From positions 1-64,000 of the forward strand of contig CAVRFW010000001.1 in NCBI GenBank assembly GCA_963720565.1: a stretch of DNA of 64,000 bases, in the 5' to 3' direction. This document shows positions 61,728-64,000 of this stretch, one piece after another. The notes beneath the pieces were generated by a model. The model had not been told where the DNA came from. It searched no databases and worked only from the letters and a program-made list of their open reading frames with translations. Every line of letters starts with the position of its first letter. Positions within the stretch are counted from its first letter, which is position 1. The translations under genes and the position numbers were made by a program. The stretch is from Candidatus Bathyarchaeota archaeon. Lineage in GTDB: Archaea; Thermoproteota; Bathyarchaeia; Bathyarchaeales; Bathycorpusculaceae.

Positions 61728-62723
61728 ATGCATGAAGCATTAAGCATTAACAACCTGTCTCTGAAACTTGTCAGGAAACTTCTGGATAATCAAGCTTTTT
61801 ATGGCGTTCACTCTTCCCAGACGAGCACGGGCGCCACTGTCATCGACGCAGGAGTGAAGGTTCCAGGAGGTTTTCAGGCTGGAAAGATACTGACTGAAAT
61901 CTGCTTGGGAGGCGCAGGAAAAGCTCAGTTAGGATTAAGAGAGTACGGTGAACTGACGCTACCTTCCATTACCGTATCTTCGGATCATCCTGCTGTTGCA
62001 GCTTTGGCTTCGCAGTTTGCAGGTTGGCGCATAAAAGAACCCGACGGGTCGATAGCAATTGGATCTGGTCCTGCACGTGCATTGGCGCTGAAACCAAAAG
62101 AAATTTACGAGGAATTGGGGTACACTGACGCTTCGGACAAGGCGGTATTGACGCTGGAGAGCAACAACCTCCCTTCTGACGCGCTCATCGAGAAGGTCTC
62201 CAACGCCTGTAAGATAAAACCTGAAAATTTTTTCGTCGTTGTTGCACCAACAGCGAGCATAGCGGGGCTGACGCAAGTCACAGGCAGAATAGTAGAGACT
62301 GGTATTCACAAGCTCAGAACGCTTGGTTTAAACCCAAAGTCAATACGTTATGCTATGGGCTATGCACCTATTCCTGCGCAATGCGGCGAGTTTGAGGTAG
62401 CTATGGCGAGGACAAACGACGCCATACTCTACGGTGGCACGGTCTACTGCATAGTAGACTACAATGACGAGGCAGCTCTGAAGAGAATGGTTGAACAGGC
62501 TCCTTCCAACATGTCAAAAGACTACGGCAAACCATTCCTTCAGATTTTTCAAGAGGCTGACCGCGACTTCTACAAGATAGACCACAACCTATTTGCGCCC
62601 TCAACACTGCTGGTGAATAACGCGAAAACAGGCAAAGTGTTTAGGGCTGGCGAAATCAACCCTGAGATTCTTGCTGAGTCATTAGGGTTTCAATCCGATT
62701 CTCTTATTTGTCGAAAAGGCTAA
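61728..62723 (+). CDS. mch: Methenyltetrahydromethanopterin cyclohydrolase
   Basis: SQFAGW, GSGPARAL, RIVETGIHK, TNDAILYGG, DFYKIDHNLFAP. Confidence 0.95.
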   Translation: MHEALSINNLSLKLVRKLLDNQAFYGVHSSQTSTGATVIDAGVKVPGGFQAGKILTEICLGGAGKAQLGLREYGELTLPSITVSSDHPAVAALASQFAGWRIKEPDGSIAIGSGPARALALKPKEIYEELGYTDASDKAVLTLESNNLPSDALIEKVSNACKIKPENFFVVVAPTASIAGLTQVTGRIVETGIHKLRTLGLNPKSIRYAMGYAPIPAQCGEFEVAMARTNDAILYGGTVYCIVDYNDEAALKRMVEQAPSNMSKDYGKPFLQIFQEADRDFYKIDHNLFAPSTLLVNNAKTGKVFRAGEINPEILAESLGFQSDSLICRKG

Positions 62724-62747
62724 AGGCGCTACTGCCCCCAGCGCTTC

Positions 62748-63329
62748 TTAGTTTTCCTGGTTCGTACTTGTTCTTACAAAATGGGCTTTTATGAAGTCGT
62801 TGAAGCCTTTGTTGCCGACGAGAGCAGCCATTATAAAGCTCATTATGACAACTTCAATTATCGCTTTTATCATTATAGTCGCAATTATTGCTGTCCCGAT
62901 TTGTTGTTCCATGAAAAGCGGCAATAGATATGAGAAATAGATGTACGTGAACACGCCTTCTGGGATGTAGGAAGCAAGGGTTGTCGGAACCGTTATGATT
63001 GAAGCGTGGTTTCTCTGATGTATATTGACAACCTTTCCTAGAAGTGCCATTGTTAGTCCGGTCAGGGCTTTTCCTACGGGCAAGCCAATCAAGCCAAGAA
63101 CGCCTCCTGTTCCAAGTGGACCGTACATGAGGCCAGGCAGTAATCCCGCGATTGCTCCTGCTGTTATTCCGGCGACAGGTCCTCCGTATAGTCCTGCTAT
63201 CAAGACTGCGATGAGAGAGAAATCAAAGGATACTCCTGGAGCTATTTGACCTACAACGTATGAAAGTAGGAAAAGGACGTTTCCGAGGGCACCCATCATA
63301 ATAGCTAGCGTGAGTTTCTTGGGGTTCAT
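62748..63329 (-). CDS. ECF transporter S-component-like membrane protein
   Basis: Hydrophobic 193-aa protein, DFSLIAVLIAGLYGGPVAG motif. Confidence 0.7.
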   Translation of the reverse strand: MNPKKLTLAIMMGALGNVLFLLSYVVGQIAPGVSFDFSLIAVLIAGLYGGPVAGITAGAIAGLLPGLMYGPLGTGGVLGLIGLPVGKALTGLTMALLGKVVNIHQRNHASIITVPTTLASYIPEGVFTYIYFSYLLPLFMEQQIGTAIIATIMIKAIIEVVIMSFIMAALVGNKGFNDFIKAHFVRTSTNQEN

Positions 63330-63459
63330 GTTAAACTCCTTCTTATTGAGAGACCTAATTATTTAAGAGTAGCTACTTAAAAAAGAGTAGACATTTTGTT
63401 GATAATTCAGCCTAAAATTGATAAACAAGACTCAACATATTATGTTGAAGTGAAGAGCC

Positions 63460-64000
63460 TTGTCTGAGACCTTACAATTCTCGAGCACTGAAATAAGAAG
63501 CTGGCTCGAAAGCCAAACCAACTCTATTCTCACGCCAGTGCAATCTCAAGCTCGAAAACTAAGGGATGACCTGAACATGGCGGTTCAAGGAGTCGCTGAA
63601 GTCAGCAAGTCTCTCTTGGATAACAGTGCAAAGGAAATTGAAAGGCGTAACATGCGCGTCTACAACAGGGCACGAGCGTTAAACAAGCTTGCACGTCTTT
63701 TCATAGACAGACTCAAAAAACTCGTAGCACCCGACCAAATAACCTACGAAAGCCTCAACAAGTATGCGCAAGACGCCCAAAAAGTATACTTGGTTACCGA
63801 CATCGACCTTAAAAATTGGTTCCCCAGGCTCTCTCCATTCTTCATTATGGACAGACGGAAATTCTTGGCAGTCCACGAGAAAGCAAAACTGTATCTAGCA
63901 ACCCTCAACGATTTTCTTACGAAGGAATACGTGAAAACAAAAACTCTGGAGGAAACCTTCCAGCTCATCAACGACCTTCACAATTTGGAAGCGCAACAAG
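63460..64000 (+). CDS. Helical hypothetical protein, runs off the window edge
   Basis: Open frame from TTG 63460 (MSETLQFSSTEIRSWLESQT...) to the window end; absent from the ORF track because it has no stop. Confidence 0.7.
   Translation, partial: MSETLQFSSTEIRSWLESQTNSILTPVQSQARKLRDDLNMAVQGVAEVSKSLLDNSAKEIERRNMRVYNRARALNKLARLFIDRLKKLVAPDQITYESLNKYAQDAQKVYLVTDIDLKNWFPRLSPFFIMDRRKFLAVHEKAKLYLATLNDFLTKEYVKTKTLEETFQLINDLHNLEAQQ

Noticed and set aside
10799..62607. Numerous antisense ORFs in the track overlapping the nuo-like, alaS, ABC and fwd genes
   Set aside because: They are shadow frames of well-supported genes on the opposite strand or in another frame.
1..64000. CRISPR array, rRNA, intact transposase, or replication origin with ORB repeats
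   Set aside because: By eye I saw no regularly spaced repeats, rRNA-like tracts, transposase ORFs, cdc6 gene or convincing ORB motifs.

Overview
This is 64 kb of archaeal chromosome. The gene set (tiaS, archaeal alaS, nurA/herA, PAC2 chaperones, fwdDBAC-mch, group 4 hydrogenase) points to a TACK archaeon, most plausibly Bathyarchaeia (inference). Many genes, including the normally essential tiaS, carry small frameshifts, which suggests long-read assembly indels rather than true pseudogenes. From left to right the window holds: an MrfAB-like DUF1998 helicase plus exonuclease pair; a decayed integration hotspot at tRNA-Arg(GCG) (integrase remnant antisense to the tRNA, orphan LivJ-type binding protein, STAND-TPR-Ig-pseudo-KaiC gene, wHTH remnants, and two tRNA-3'-like att scars sharing an identically spaced GGTGACATC motif); a 10-gene complex-I-ordered [NiFe] hydrogenase operon; pyrH and a MacB-type ABC system; a stand-alone NurA-HerA pair; a wHTH plus MinD/ParA operon; trmI; a radical SAM gene; a dual-guide box C/D sRNA candidate aimed at 23S H69/H71; alaS; tiaS; a ParB-like gene; one intact and one truncated polar amino-acid ABC system; an orphan DNA methyltransferase; a two-gene nonulosonic acid cassette; two PAC2 genes; and mobBA, fdhD, fwdDBAC and mch. 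No database searches were possible, so all calls rest on motif recognition.
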